51,074 nt of DNA from Psammoneis japonica (lineage: Eukaryota), in the NCBI GenBank assembly GCA_008632985.1, contig QPGO01000220.1:62001-113074 (forward strand), read 5' to 3'. The translations under genes and the position numbers were made by a program. Shown here in pieces: positions 11,105 through 22,954 of the stretch; position 1 is the first letter of the stretch, and the number at the start of each line of letters is the position of its first letter. The notes beneath the pieces were generated by a model. It had not been told where the DNA came from. It did not search any database and saw only the letters and a list, made by a program, of their open reading frames with translations.

Positions 11105-13534
11105 ATGAAGCTCACGACGGCAGCTCTTCTTCTCGTATTGTCGGCCCCATCGGCGGCAGCCTTTACTCCATCCAACTTCGGAGTTGTACGGCAGCAACAA
11201 CAGCAAAGACAAAATGGTTGGTCCCTTTCGAGTGCTATCGTGGACCGAGAGAACTTGGGGGTATCAACTACGCCGACAGATATTTCCAAGATTGTTCTAG
11301 AACAACAGCCACAGACTCCCTCTGTAACTCCTCAATCGACGCAGCAGGTGCAAGCTTCGACTCGATCCTATCTTTCTCAGTACGAGGGACAATCGGGTGC
11401 GGCCATTGTGTATTCCAAGTTGGAAGAATACGGCGTGACGGTGGTGAACGGCTATTCTGGAGGAGCCAATCTCCCCCTGTTGGATCAATTCCACCCGGAC
11501 CATCCGAGGCATGCTGCTGCCCATAAAGAGCCGATTCGTTGGATTACCAATTCCAACGAGAGTTCTGCTGGTCATATCGCCGAAGGATACGCCAAGAGCT
11601 TACCCGGAGAATTCCCCATTGGCGTCGCGATTGCGACATCCGGCCCGGGCGTGACGAATCTCATTACGCCCCTTCAGGACGCCATCTGTGACGGAGTTCC
11701 CATGTTGGTCATGTGTGGACAAGCCGCCACTACGGCTCCTCAGGACGCTTTTCAATCGGCACCTGCCGTAGACATGACGTCTCCCTGTACCAAGTGGAGT
11801 TACCAAATCAAGTCGGCAGCCGAAATCCCCATGGTGATGGATTACGCCTTTTTCGTCGCGACACACGGCAGACCGGGACCCGTCTTTGTGGATTTGCCCA
11901 AAGATTTGCAAAATCAAATTCTGACACCCGAGCTGATGGATTCTTTTACGGAACGGACCGTGTCGGAAGCCAATCAAATGGACGAAACGTCCTTTTGCCG
12001 TTTAATCACACAAGCCTTGCCTAATGGACAATCCACAAAGGCGATTCATCTGGGACACGCCAAGGAGGGATTACCCTTTTTCATTGCACCATCCCAAAAT
12101 GGCGCACTCCAAGTGACGGCGTTGCCAAGACCCAACAAGGTGACAGCCTATCACGCCGACCATCACACGTCCAACAAGGTTTTCAAGCAAGACTCGTCGA
12201 TTGTCAACACGAGGCGCGTTGCGCAACAGTCGATTGAAGCCGCCGTCGAGGCAACCGTCGGTGATTTGGCTCCCACGTCGCAGATTATGAAGGGAATGAA
12301 AAAGATCATTCGACAAGCCAAGAAACCCGTCATTATTGCCGGACAGGGTTGCAACGATTGTCCGGACGAATTGCGAGAGTTTGCTGAACGCTTAAATATT
12401 CCCGTCACGTCCACGTTGCACGCGTTAGGCAGTTTTGATGAACGACACCCCTTGGCGCTCAACATGATGGGTATGCACGGTCATCCGACACCCAACTTTT
12501 TGGTGCAAGAATCCGATTTGATTATTTGCATTGGATCGCGATTTGATGATCGCATCACGGGACGTCCATCCGACTTTGTTCCCGAAGCCAAGCGGGCCGC
12601 CCTGGAGGGGCGTGGTGGAATTATTCATGTCGATATTCGTCTTTCGGAGAGAGCCAAACAGGTGGAACCAACCTACTTTGTTCATTCTACAGGAAAGAAC
12701 TTTCTTCAAACCATGAATGAAGCCTTTGCCAATGACGATTTGATCAAACCGACGCAAACCCAGGCTTGGTTGGAACACATGACACAGCTGCAACACGAAT
12801 TTCCCGTCAAGGTTCCGAAATTCCCGACTCGCGACGTGACGGTCCAAGATCCCCAGACGGGTCACTCTCTGACGTTGCCGAAAACAACAATGTCGGCACA
12901 ACACGTGATTTCCACTCTCAACGCCCAGCTCTTGCAGGCGAACCAAATGGACAATGCCATTTTCTCGACGGGCGTGGGTATTCACCAAATGGTTGCCGCG
13001 CAGCTCATTACATGGACGCAACCACGACAAATGTTGAGCAGTGGTTCGTTGGGAACCATGGGTGTCGCCCTGGGGTATGCCATTGGCGCCAAGCTTGCCA
13101 ATGGAGGAAAAATTGTGATTGCCGTGGATGGCGATGGCAGCTTCAACATGACCTTTACCGAATTGAAAACCGTGGCGGAACAGAAAATACCCGTCAAGAT
13201 TATCATTTTGGACAATGAAGCCCAAATGATGGTGGAATACTGGCAACGCTTGTTCCACGACGAACGGTATTTGGCGGTGAGGAATGAAAAGAATCCCGAT
13301 TACGTCAAACTGGCGAGTGCGTTTGGAATCAAGAGTTTGTATTGCGATTGTGAAGAAGATCTCGAAGCAAAAATGCATGAATTTTTGTTTTCGGATCCCG
13401 ACGAGCCCGTCTTGTTTCATGTTCGTATCGAACGTACACCGTGCTTGCCGCTTGTGGCGCCCGGAGAAGCTCTGCAAGAAATGATTTTGGAAGACACGGA
13501 CTTTGATGTTGACCCCGGTGCGGCTCCGAGCTAA
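11105..13534 (+). CDS. ilvB: Acetolactate synthase (acetohydroxyacid synthase) large subunit, plastid-targeted
   Basis: 809-aa ORF with motifs GYSGGANLP, AEGYAK, ATSGPGVTN, RPGPVFVDLPKD, GSRFDDRITG, SSGSLGTMG and TPP-binding GDGSFNM...NE. N-terminal signal peptide followed by AAAFTP (ASAFAP-like). Confidence 0.95.
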   Translation: MKLTTAALLLVLSAPSAAAFTPSNFGVVRQQQQQRQNGWSLSSAIVDRENLGVSTTPTDISKIVLEQQPQTPSVTPQSTQQVQASTRSYLSQYEGQSGAAIVYSKLEEYGVTVVNGYSGGANLPLLDQFHPDHPRHAAAHKEPIRWITNSNESSAGHIAEGYAKSLPGEFPIGVAIATSGPGVTNLITPLQDAICDGVPMLVMCGQAATTAPQDAFQSAPAVDMTSPCTKWSYQIKSAAEIPMVMDYAFFVATHGRPGPVFVDLPKDLQNQILTPELMDSFTERTVSEANQMDETSFCRLITQALPNGQSTKAIHLGHAKEGLPFFIAPSQNGALQVTALPRPNKVTAYHADHHTSNKVFKQDSSIVNTRRVAQQSIEAAVEATVGDLAPTSQIMKGMKKIIRQAKKPVIIAGQGCNDCPDELREFAERLNIPVTSTLHALGSFDERHPLALNMMGMHGHPTPNFLVQESDLIICIGSRFDDRITGRPSDFVPEAKRAALEGRGGIIHVDIRLSERAKQVEPTYFVHSTGKNFLQTMNEAFANDDLIKPTQTQAWLEHMTQLQHEFPVKVPKFPTRDVTVQDPQTGHSLTLPKTTMSAQHVISTLNAQLLQANQMDNAIFSTGVGIHQMVAAQLITWTQPRQMLSSGSLGTMGVALGYAIGAKLANGGKIVIAVDGDGSFNMTFTELKTVAEQKIPVKIIILDNEAQMMVEYWQRLFHDERYLAVRNEKNPDYVKLASAFGIKSLYCDCEEDLEAKMHEFLFSDPDEPVLFHVRIERTPCLPLVAPGEALQEMILEDTDFDVDPGAAPS

Positions 13535-14137
13535 AGATGTGTTCTCCATTTTGGTGGTGTATTTCATCTTTGCATTTGTTTTCGCGGCAATGTACATTTG
13601 GAATGCGGGGCAAACGTGCATGCATGTAACTGTCGGATATATCGTTTCATCGATCAACCGACCCCAACTAGACTTTTCATTTTCAACTACTTCTTTGCAG
13701 AACTCTTTTGTTTTTTGTTCTTCTAGTGACGGATTTCTTGTTTCGAAAGAAAGAGGCATGTCCAAGATATACGCAAAAGGCACACGCTGAAAACCTGAGT
13801 AGGGCCCTCTAGTTTCCCTCTGTGGGTTATCGACTCGCACAGTCCGAAAAGGTATCGATAGGGTTCGTGCGAAACTTGGCTGAATGAATTATCCTACGAC
13901 CTTCAGTCTTAGTGCTCACAAACTGCAATTAAAAACAACAGGAGCCTAAAGGTGCGCAACTCTCTCTACTCTCTACTCTAAGGAGATGACTAAAGCACAT
14001 GAGACCATGTCGGATTTCACTGACACGTTGCGTTGACCGTTGACTCATTTTTCATTTTTCTCTTTCTTGACGTGACAGCACAAGATGAGATATGAGATGG
14101 TCGAACTGCATGAACCGATAAAGTTTACAGTAACAAG

Positions 14138-15058
14138 ATGAAGGACGACCCCAATTATTCTAATGCAGATGTGCTTGCGGACATTTTTGTGGGTATCATT
14201 TTCTGCGTTGGAATAGTCGTATCTTGTCTGCCGCAACATGTCAATTGCTGTAAGGCCAAGTCGGCGCAAGGCCTCAGTTTGACAACCATCCATTTTTCCA
14301 CCATCAGCTCGACTTGTAGTTTTCTTTCCGCTTTTCTCGAAGATGCTCCGTCAATCGCATCAGCCCCAGGAGTACTTCGAACTTGGGCGGTTGCAATGCC
14401 CTCGATACAAAACGCCTTGGGGTTGATTACAGGACAGCCTTTGTATACCGTGTACTATTATCTTTGGTATGAAGACACAGAAGCATATATTACCGCTGAC
14501 GGTGCACGAGAACAAGTACATATTATGTCCTCTCAAGAAGAAGTGAATGAGGGTCCTATCTCAGCGCGAAGTAGGAGTGGTCCCAAACGCCAAGAAATCT
14601 ACTCCACAGTGGCAACATTACTGCTCACGTTCTTGATTGCAATAGTATCTATCCTCGGCCTGTCATATCCCCATTTATTCAATCGCGACTTCCAAATTAA
14701 GTTGTGGGGTGGCGTTGGCGGAGCCACAAATGCAGTTCAGTGGTTGCCTCAGGTTGTAAAGACCTGGAGGCTTCAAAATGCTGGCGTGCTGTCTCACGCT
14801 GCGCTTGTGTTTGGCGCGTTAGGCGATTGGCTATTGCTTGGCTACTGGGTTGCCATTGGCGAAAGCTTTTGGATATGGTGCTGCCTTGTATCAGACTCAC
14901 TGATGCAGGTTATTTTGCTCGGAATGATAATTCAATTTCAGAGACGCGATCGTGGCGAGGAGGAAGATGATTCAACTCTGGAGCAACCTCTACTGTCGGG
15001 CGATGACGGAGATAGGGACAACGACGAGACAGCAGTCAATTTTGAGCCTTTTGCATGA
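14138..15058 (+). CDS. PQ-loop (SWEET/PQ-loop superfamily) membrane transporter
   Basis: Two PQ motifs (SCLPQHVN...SAQGLS; QWLPQVVKTW...AGVLS), multiple TM helices and an acidic-dileucine-like tail (EQPLL). Confidence 0.85.
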   Translation: MKDDPNYSNADVLADIFVGIIFCVGIVVSCLPQHVNCCKAKSAQGLSLTTIHFSTISSTCSFLSAFLEDAPSIASAPGVLRTWAVAMPSIQNALGLITGQPLYTVYYYLWYEDTEAYITADGAREQVHIMSSQEEVNEGPISARSRSGPKRQEIYSTVATLLLTFLIAIVSILGLSYPHLFNRDFQIKLWGGVGGATNAVQWLPQVVKTWRLQNAGVLSHAALVFGALGDWLLLGYWVAIGESFWIWCCLVSDSLMQVILLGMIIQFQRRDRGEEEDDSTLEQPLLSGDDGDRDNDETAVNFEPFA

Positions 15059-15133
15059 GGACTAGTCTCATATCAAACTTGTACAGTATACATTGAGATC
15101 GCTCTATATATGATATGTCTGCGTTTGAGGGCA

Positions 15134-17627
15134 CTACATCAACTCTTTATGAGTGTATTGCTTTGCCGGGGATTCTCCAGCAAACTCGGATACGACGTTC
15201 ACACCACCAGATGATCGCAGCTGCCACTTGGTTGTTAGGAGTCCTTCAACACCGACGGGTCCGCGAGCATGGATGCGGCCGGTGGAGATACCGACCTCTG
15301 CACCCAAACCAAATCGAAAGCCATCTGCAAAGCGGTTTGAGGCGTTCTTGAAAACGCAAGCGGCGTCCACTCTTTTTAGATATTCTTCACCAACGTCGCT
15401 ATCTTCGCTGCATACAATAGTTTCAGTGTGTCCGCTACCATACATGTGGATCCAGTCGACTGCTTCCTCCACGTTCTCCACCACCTCAACCATGCAAGTC
15501 AAATCGCCATACTCACACTTCATCTGCTCTGCAGCCACATCGCTCAACCCAAGCTTCATCGCATTTGGTCCGCCGAGGCACTTTACACCGGCAACGCGAA
15601 GCGCCATCAATGTACTCATTGCAACACCATTCTCTAGTGTGCCTCTGTGCAAGAGAAGTGTCTCCATGGCGTTGCAGGCAGAAGGATAATCCGTTTTGGC
15701 ATCCACGACAATCTTGCTGGCATCCTCTGCCGACGCGCTAACATCAACATAAACATGACAAACACCATCGGCGTGGCCTAAAACAGGAATACGCGTGTTG
15801 GCTTTAATGTAGGAAACAAGCGCATTGCTGCCACGGGGAATCACAAGATCAATGACATCATCTAGACTGAGCATATCAGCAACCTGAAATAAACGAACAT
15901 TCGTCACGATTGATGAGTGAAAGATTCATTACCAAAGAAAAGAGGAGAGCCGACAAACACGGAAACCTACCTGTCCACGGCTAGTGACAAGACCAATAAT
16001 GTCGCGTTTGACTTTTCCATCACTTCCCGATTCAATCGCGTCGCCGATCACACGGTGAAGAGCAGAATTGGAATTCGTGGCTTCTTTACCTCCCTTGAGA
16101 AGAAGCCCATTCCCGCTAGCAAGCGCTAGTGCGGAGATCTGCGGCATGGAATCAGGACGTGATTCGAAAATAATCATAAGGACTCCAATAGGCACCGTGA
16201 TTTGGGACAGTTCAAGTCCTTCCGCAAGTTCCCGCTTACTCTTCACAACACCCAACGGATCAGGCAGGTCTGCCAACTGACAGAGTCCGGTGGCGAGCGT
16301 CGCTAGTTTCTCGTCTGTCAATTTTAGTCGCTTCTTGAGCACAAGCGCAATGCCATCTCGCTCCGCTGCCTCAACGTCAATAGCGTTCGCTTCGAGTAGC
16401 TCCTCCTTTCGATCCAAGAGAGCCTTGGCCACGGCACGCAGAATAGATTGACGTGTTTCATAGGGGAGCGCTACAAGTTTACGTGCTTCGTCACGAGCTG
16501 CAGATGCCGCCTCCCGGGCTTGCTCCGACACATTTCCCATATCGTCAGATGCCGCAGCGTCAGCAAGCGCCTGTTTCTCCAATTCTGTTCCTGGAGTTAC
16601 AAATAGCGTTCCCTTTATTTCTTTCTGCCGTTTTGGTCCAAGAATGGATCGAATGACATTCAGATCGGAACCAGCTGCCACAACACAAGCATTACAGAAG
16701 GATCCCGGTTCGACTGCCCCTACCGCCGCATCAATTTTCGACGCCATTCCTCCACGTCCTAGTGAACGCAAGCAAGAACGTTGCATCAGATTATGGTGAA
16801 TATGACACGGACACGCACTTTTTCAGCTTACCTTGCGCACTCTTTTCACCAATCTCCACCTCGGAAGATTCTTGCCTGAATAGCTGGAGCTTCTTGGCGC
16901 CTGGTTCAGTCGGTGGACGGTCGTAGACACCTTCCACGTCCGTAAGAAGTAAGAGTACCTCAACTCCGAAGCTTCTTGCACATAAGGAAGCAAGAGAGTC
17001 ATTATCACTAAACAGACCCTCCTTTGTATATCCGCGATTTGCTGATACCGCGTCGTTTTCGTTGATAATGGGCACTATCCCTGAACTCAGGAGGCGCTCA
17101 ACGGCGTATTTTAAGTTTTCGAGACGTTCCTCATCGGCAAAGTCAGCCTGAGTAACAAGGATCTGGGAAGCGGAAACATCACATTGATCAAAGAGGCTCT
17201 GATAGAGATTCATCATCTCGAATTGTCCCGCGGCGGCACAGGCTGAATCATAGAAATTCTTCCTCTGTTTCAAGGTGTGCGGTCGTTCGTTGAGAGCAAC
17301 AAGAGCAGAAAAGCTCGAGTTGCGGCGCACAGGCTGTTCTCCCAAACTCCCTGATCTCTCCCGTTCACTTTGGAGATCCTGCAAACTCATCTGCATCCTC
17401 TCCTGTTTCCTTATCAGCCGCTTGCCCATGCCCACAGCGCCAGAGCTGACGAAAATGACTTCGACACTGTTGCGATTGAGTTCCGCGATTTGTTCGGCAA
17501 TCGCACCGAGACGAGTCAAAGAAGGACGTCCATCGTCGTTAGCCACAACAGAAGTACCTGCCTTGACGAGGACACGGCGGGCACTCCTCAGTGCCGTACG
17601 AGAACGAGGCTCTTCCGTCGTTGACAT
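15134..17627 (-). CDS. P5CS: Delta-1-pyrroline-5-carboxylate synthetase (glutamate 5-kinase + gamma-glutamyl phosphate reductase); 3 exons: 17627-16832, 16758-15971, 15883-15134
   Basis: Kinase motifs VLVKAGTSVV, VSSGAV, PIINENDAV, DNDSLA, GRGGMASK; reductase motifs IFESRPD, LLKGGKEA, YPSACNAMETLL, GSGHTE, RFADGFRFGLGAEVGIST. GT-AG introns at 16759-16831 and 15884-15970 join the frames. Confidence 0.95.
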
Positions 17628-18528
17628 GGTCGAACGAAGTTCCAAGTCACAGAGTGTGTTTTTTGCAGAAGTGCGTTGCTGTGCGGTGTGTTGATGTTTG
17701 TTCCGCGTTCGGCCGCATGTTTCTCTGTTTTTTCTTGGGTGCGTTGCTTGTTCGCGCAGTGTTCGCGTGGCGGAGGGTGTCCCAACCGTAGCACGGACAG
17801 ACAGTTGTTCCGAACTTCTACATACTCTCTAGAGCTACGCGACGATTCGCTTTGTACCTATCCTCGTCATCCCAAGGATTTATAGTAAGTCTGTCATCCG
17901 GCATCCTTGTTAGCTACGGTACTCTCTAGGGCCCTAGGGCCCTAGCTAGAGACTCTCTCTAGTAGAGAGCACAGCTCATCCCTTGCCAGCAACGCGTATC
18001 AACGTGAACAAAAATTGTGAGGGGTATCTCTTGCTTTTCGGTGCATTGATCCGCGCTTCCTGTTCGAATCCATACGTTGAGTTCACCAAATTCTGGCTTC
18101 AAAGGAATTAAACGACGCACTGGGAGGTAACACATCTGCGAATACGGCCATTTTCTCGAAAGTGAGTTTGTTGCCGGAGTCTTTCTGTGCCCACACCCAT
18201 TTTGTACATCTTTGTCTTTTTTTCGCGCAAGGAAGCGCCCAAAACCATGCAGCTGCCGGATAAACTCAGCTCAACACGGGCGATCAAAAATACTACTGGA
18301 GAAGTGTCTCCGGCCTGGACCTACCCACAGAGCATTTTTTTCTCACATCCGAGAAAGGAAATTATCGACAAACACTCCCGGGACTCTATTTGTCATTCGA
18401 TGTCGTCGCGGGTGCATCATGCATCCCGCAAGTACGGTGATCGCTTCTGTCGTAAACCGGAGACGTCTGTCTAACCATTTCATGATTGTGATGAACTGTT
18501 CATTCCACAAACCAGTTGTCGGCCAATT

Positions 18529-19668
18529 CTAATCAACGGCTTTTACAGCATCTTTCCAAGCCGCGTCGGGCAGAACCATCATTCCCGGTGATAGTTCTGA
18601 TGCGTTTTCCATAAGGAATCGAAGTCCGTCCGCCATAATGGCCATCGTAACGTCAAAAGCATTCAAACTATCTCCGAAACCCGCAGTCAAATTAAACATG
18701 GCTCCGTTTGCCAGCAGATGGAGTATCTTTTGCTCAAGTCGGTATTCAAAGACATGCGGTAGAACTTGACGATGCGGTAGATGGGCCAGTTCTCTGACTC
18801 GAATTTCGCCCGTGCCGTGACCAACGTTCATCACAAAAGCACCATTTTTTAATTGCGACAACTCATCTAAACCAATCACACCTTTTGTACCAGTAGCTGT
18901 AACGAGAACATCTGTTTGGGGCAGCAGAGCACTCAGTTCCCCTGTCGACCAACCGTCATAACGTGCCATGAGAGCCCGAGCATTGTCAATCTCCACTACT
19001 CTGACTTGCCCACCAAAGGCTTTTGCTGCCTCTGTAACCCCTTGTCCGACCAAGCCATAGCCCAGTATGGTTACTACTTTTTCGTGCAACGACAGGTGGG
19101 TCCTTTGCATAAATGCATGCCAAGCCGTCAATCCAACCATGTGCCGGTTATGCAAGCCTTCTTTGGCATTTACCTCGTCCCAATTCAATACAGGCACCGT
19201 CAATGTCTGCGCCATCAAGTGAGCCACACCCGAGCCGGTTCCTTCGAGCACCCCCTTGAGTGATGACGACTGCTTTTGCCTCAGAACAACGGACGTTAGC
19301 TCGCCACCAAACTCACAAATATAGTCTGGTTGCCATTTCGCGGCACGTTCGAGGCTGTCTCGCCACTCGGATTCGCTCATGCCTTTCCAGGCATACGTTT
19401 CCGCACCACATTCTTTTAGGTATTGGACAACTTGATCGCGTACGGTGTTGGGATCACAGGTTGTGATAAACAGGTCATGTCCTAGAGACGAGAGCAGGTG
19501 TGAATAGAGCGGTACCATTTTGATGTCTAAATGTGTGCAGATCGCGATTCGTGCCGGCTGATGCTCCTGTGCGGTGGGGACCCAGCGGCTCAAGGCTCTT
19601 TGCAAACGAGGCATTTGTCGAGTGACCCAATCGAGTTGTGCAGTAAAGGATTCTTCTTCGGTAGCCAT
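18529..19668 (-). CDS. Divergent adenosylhomocysteinase (SAHH)-like NAD-dependent enzyme
   Basis: Motifs AICTHLDIK, LEGTGSG, Rossmann ILGYGLVGQG, VVEID..RAL, VTATG and NVGH...EI. Intronless, 379 aa. Confidence 0.8.
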   Translation of the reverse strand: MATEEESFTAQLDWVTRQMPRLQRALSRWVPTAQEHQPARIAICTHLDIKMVPLYSHLLSSLGHDLFITTCDPNTVRDQVVQYLKECGAETYAWKGMSESEWRDSLERAAKWQPDYICEFGGELTSVVLRQKQSSSLKGVLEGTGSGVAHLMAQTLTVPVLNWDEVNAKEGLHNRHMVGLTAWHAFMQRTHLSLHEKVVTILGYGLVGQGVTEAAKAFGGQVRVVEIDNARALMARYDGWSTGELSALLPQTDVLVTATGTKGVIGLDELSQLKNGAFVMNVGHGTGEIRVRELAHLPHRQVLPHVFEYRLEQKILHLLANGAMFNLTAGFGDSLNAFDVTMAIMADGLRFLMENASELSPGMMVLPDAAWKDAVKAVD

Positions 19669-20076
19669 GGTTTGTTTTTGACTTCTCTTTTTTGACTCTC
19701 ATCAAAAAAGCAAAAAGATCGCGGATCGCGGGCGGCGGCAGACGCGCGAGAAGTTGCGCGATAAGCATGGGTGACTAAAGTCGATACGCAAGACTACAGG
19801 AGCGAAAAAAAACGCGCCGCAAACGACCAACACAACCATGATGTTGATGGTTTGAAATTTGAAACGTTTTGAAAAACGAATCGATACAGCACCCGTGCCA
19901 TTGCCACATGATTGCAAAACTTGCTTTTTCCACGGGAATGCCCCTTCTTCGAGGTTCGCACGGTACATGCTTTCTACGAGACTTTTGTACCAAAGACTGA
20001 TGAGATGCGCACCGAATCTCTTTCCTCGGTCGAGTCGTCATAATTTTCAGAATCGCTTCTCGTTCACAGGTCAACC

Positions 20077-21306
20077 ATGAAAGTTATTCATAGCATCCTC
20101 TTCTTCACGGCCGTTGTCTCTACCATGAGCACTGGTGCCGTCGCTAACCCTCTTCCTGCCTCGCTTGTCAACGCTGCAAAGCGCGGTGCAAGCTCGTTTG
20201 CGATCAAGGCGACCGAGACTATTGCAACGATTCGTAAAGACATCCAAGGCAAGTTTATGGCAGCGATCACTCCCGTGGATATCGAAAGCATCTCCAACGA
20301 TTACCACAATATCGTCAGCAACGCCGCTCCCAGCACTACGCCCTTTGATGAAACTCTCGTCGACTCGAGCTTCTGCGTTTCGTTTGACGACGCCGAGTCG
20401 CCCAACAGCTGGGTCCAACAACTCCTTCGTAACACTACGCCCACGATTGTACCAGTGGAATCTTCAAACACGTTTTGCGTCTATTTTGAGTATGACAATG
20501 ATGACTCCAACGCCGCCAGTCTCCCGCAAATCTTCCACAACAACACTCCGCTTCGAGAACGAACCGCATCGTCACTCAAGACCAGCACTTTCTTGGAAAT
20601 TGTTTGGGAAATCAAGTCGGAAATGGCATCAGACACGTTCAACACGGCTCTTTTGGATATCAAGTCAGGAATGCACCGTATTTGGAACCTTGTAGACGAC
20701 ATGTCGACACGCTTTGTCACGGAATTGCAGACTCAGGCGTCCGTTTTGCAAGTGCGCAATACGACTACGACGCTGCTTCAGAAATCAACTTTGTGGAAGC
20801 CCGATGACATCGAGTTCGGGCTGAACAATTGGTGGAAGAAAGTCGACAAAGTGTCAAAGTGGGTTCAGACTAGCGTTTTGCAAGGATTCAGGACGATTGA
20901 TGCGTCGTTTGGACGGAAAACCTTGTCGACGATCGGCGACTTTGGATTGAGGGAGCACAATTGGTGGAAGAGAATCCAAGACTTGTCGGAGTTGCTTCAA
21001 ACCAGCGTCTTGCAAGGATGCAAGGCGACTGGTATGTTGTTTCAGACGTCCACAAAGCCCGACGAAGTCGAGCCGACGCTTGACAGTTGGTCGAATAGAA
21101 TCAACGACGTACAGGCTACCGTCATGAAAGACATCAAGACGTTTTCGCGGCTTTTAGAACCCATTTCTGTGAAAGAGGTCATTGACAATTTGTGGAAAAG
21201 AGTAGACGACGTGTCCGAGCGGATTGAATCTGTTTTGGGCTTTTTACGAATCTCAACCCTACAAGTGGGAGAGAATGCAACCGAGACGTTAGTGAGTCTC
21301 GATTAG
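20077..21306 (+). CDS. Hypothetical secreted protein with repeated (N/S)xWK(K/R)VDD-like motifs
   Basis: 409-aa ORF with N-terminal signal peptide and normal dinucleotide content; internal repeats NNWWKKVDKVS, HNWWKRIQDLS, NLWKRVDDVS. Confidence 0.65.
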   Translation: MKVIHSILFFTAVVSTMSTGAVANPLPASLVNAAKRGASSFAIKATETIATIRKDIQGKFMAAITPVDIESISNDYHNIVSNAAPSTTPFDETLVDSSFCVSFDDAESPNSWVQQLLRNTTPTIVPVESSNTFCVYFEYDNDDSNAASLPQIFHNNTPLRERTASSLKTSTFLEIVWEIKSEMASDTFNTALLDIKSGMHRIWNLVDDMSTRFVTELQTQASVLQVRNTTTTLLQKSTLWKPDDIEFGLNNWWKKVDKVSKWVQTSVLQGFRTIDASFGRKTLSTIGDFGLREHNWWKRIQDLSELLQTSVLQGCKATGMLFQTSTKPDEVEPTLDSWSNRINDVQATVMKDIKTFSRLLEPISVKEVIDNLWKRVDDVSERIESVLGFLRISTLQVGENATETLVSLD

Positions 21307-21589
21307 CATTTTGGACGCATAATACTGGTTAGTCACGACGGAAAATGTATAGAGCAACATTAATCATGGACCGTCACTACTTTAGCTAGTTGGAATACAC
21401 AGTGCAATACTTGGAATCGCAGATCGATCCCACCCGTAGCGAATTGAATCGAGCGAGTGCTGAGAACTAGAGATTTATTATTGAATATAGAGTGTACCCT
21501 GGGTAGTTTTGATTGCTCAATAAAAAGCAATGAATGATGCTACTGAAATATCTGGTTTTGTGTCCATTAAGATATTGTGCAATGCGGGA

Positions 21590-22715
21590 GCAAGTCTTGA
21601 GAATGCCATCATCACAGCAGGGCTGAATCCCATGCCGGGCTTGATCATTGCCAACCTGGGTGCATGCACTCCAACCAAATGAAGCAGAAAGTCTGAAGCA
21701 AATAAACAGGCCCAGATGAATCAGCACAAAGTTGCTTCGAAAGCAGCAGTGTTGAATTGAACAATTACACAGTCCCATTGCAGAGGTCAGCACATCTGAA
21801 GAAGGGGCCCCAGCAGCTTGCTCAACAGACATCACAAGTCAAGTGCAAAGCCACACATGGCTGCCAGGTTGTCATTGGTGCTGACAATCTCAAGTGTGCT
21901 TGTTGATAGCATGGTTTTGCAAGTTTGCAAAGAGAGGAAAGCAAGCTTGATGACAAGTCCCTCTGAAGCTGATCACACGAAATGGAGAGCTGCACAAGTG
22001 CTCACTTGCTGTTTTGTGGTCAACAAAAGCTGAGCAAGACAAGTGCACTCCACTGGGCTGGCAATCAACAGAGTGCATCATTTCTCCTCCGCACCCTCAA
22101 CAAAGTCCAGCTTTTTTGATTTTTGGCAGCACCGCTTGTGTGACTTCCAGCTGGCTGGCTTTTTTGACTCAAACAATGTCCCTGTTGATCCTGTGTCATT
22201 GTTCCCCCCTTTGTTGTTCTGAGTGCCAGCACTGCCTCTGCCAAACCCAGAACAGTGTTCCTTGATGAGTCGGGAGATTGCGCCTGTGCAGCCAGTCAAA
22301 AAATGACTGAGCTCACAATCGTCGAAGATTTCCGAAAGAGCCTGGTGAAGGAAGTCATTGACATCTTGCATGGAAAGAACATGCCCCCCACTGTCAGAGA
22401 CAGTCAGTCCCTGAGAACACCCCTCAAGGCTTGCAGCATTGTGACAGCTTGGCTGGGCTTGCTGCCTGGTGCGGAGCCAGCAGAGCTCGTGATGCTGACG
22501 ATGATCTGCGGGCAGCAGGCCAGCAGGTGTTGCCGCTCCCTGTGCTCTCCCTCCCTGGACCCAACCCAACAACAGAATCAGAACATGGGTTTGGTGCCTG
22601 GGGAGGTGCTCATATATGGCTCCCAAATCAACAAGTGGATCCCGCAGGGACAAGGCGAAACTCACTGCAAGAACAATGATGCCACCGGTCTGATGATGCT
22701 GAGCAGACACCGGTA
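21590..22715. repeat. Small TpA/CpG-depleted island (degenerate repeat or gene fragment)
   Basis: About 1.1 kb with the same TG/CA-rich, TA-poor composition as 0.4-10.6 kb, between two normal genes. Confidence 0.6.
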
Positions 22716-22954
22716 GATGCGGAGCACTTCCAATTTGCGCTTAAACATCAAGTCTCGCGCTGGCCTCGCGCGAGAAAACAGGACCACTGCCGCCGACAGC
22801 CAACAGCCAACGACGACGAACGACGAACGACCTGTGAACGACGACCCCTCGAAATGGCATGAGCCATGTTGAAAGCGTTGCAACGCGGAAATTCTAGCAA
22901 CCAGAAGATCACTCGTACATAGTCCTTCACTACACAGGAGTGTTTTTACTTGTT

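Noticed and set aside
12425..13840. 471-aa antisense ORF
   Set aside because: Shadow of the acetolactate synthase coding strand.
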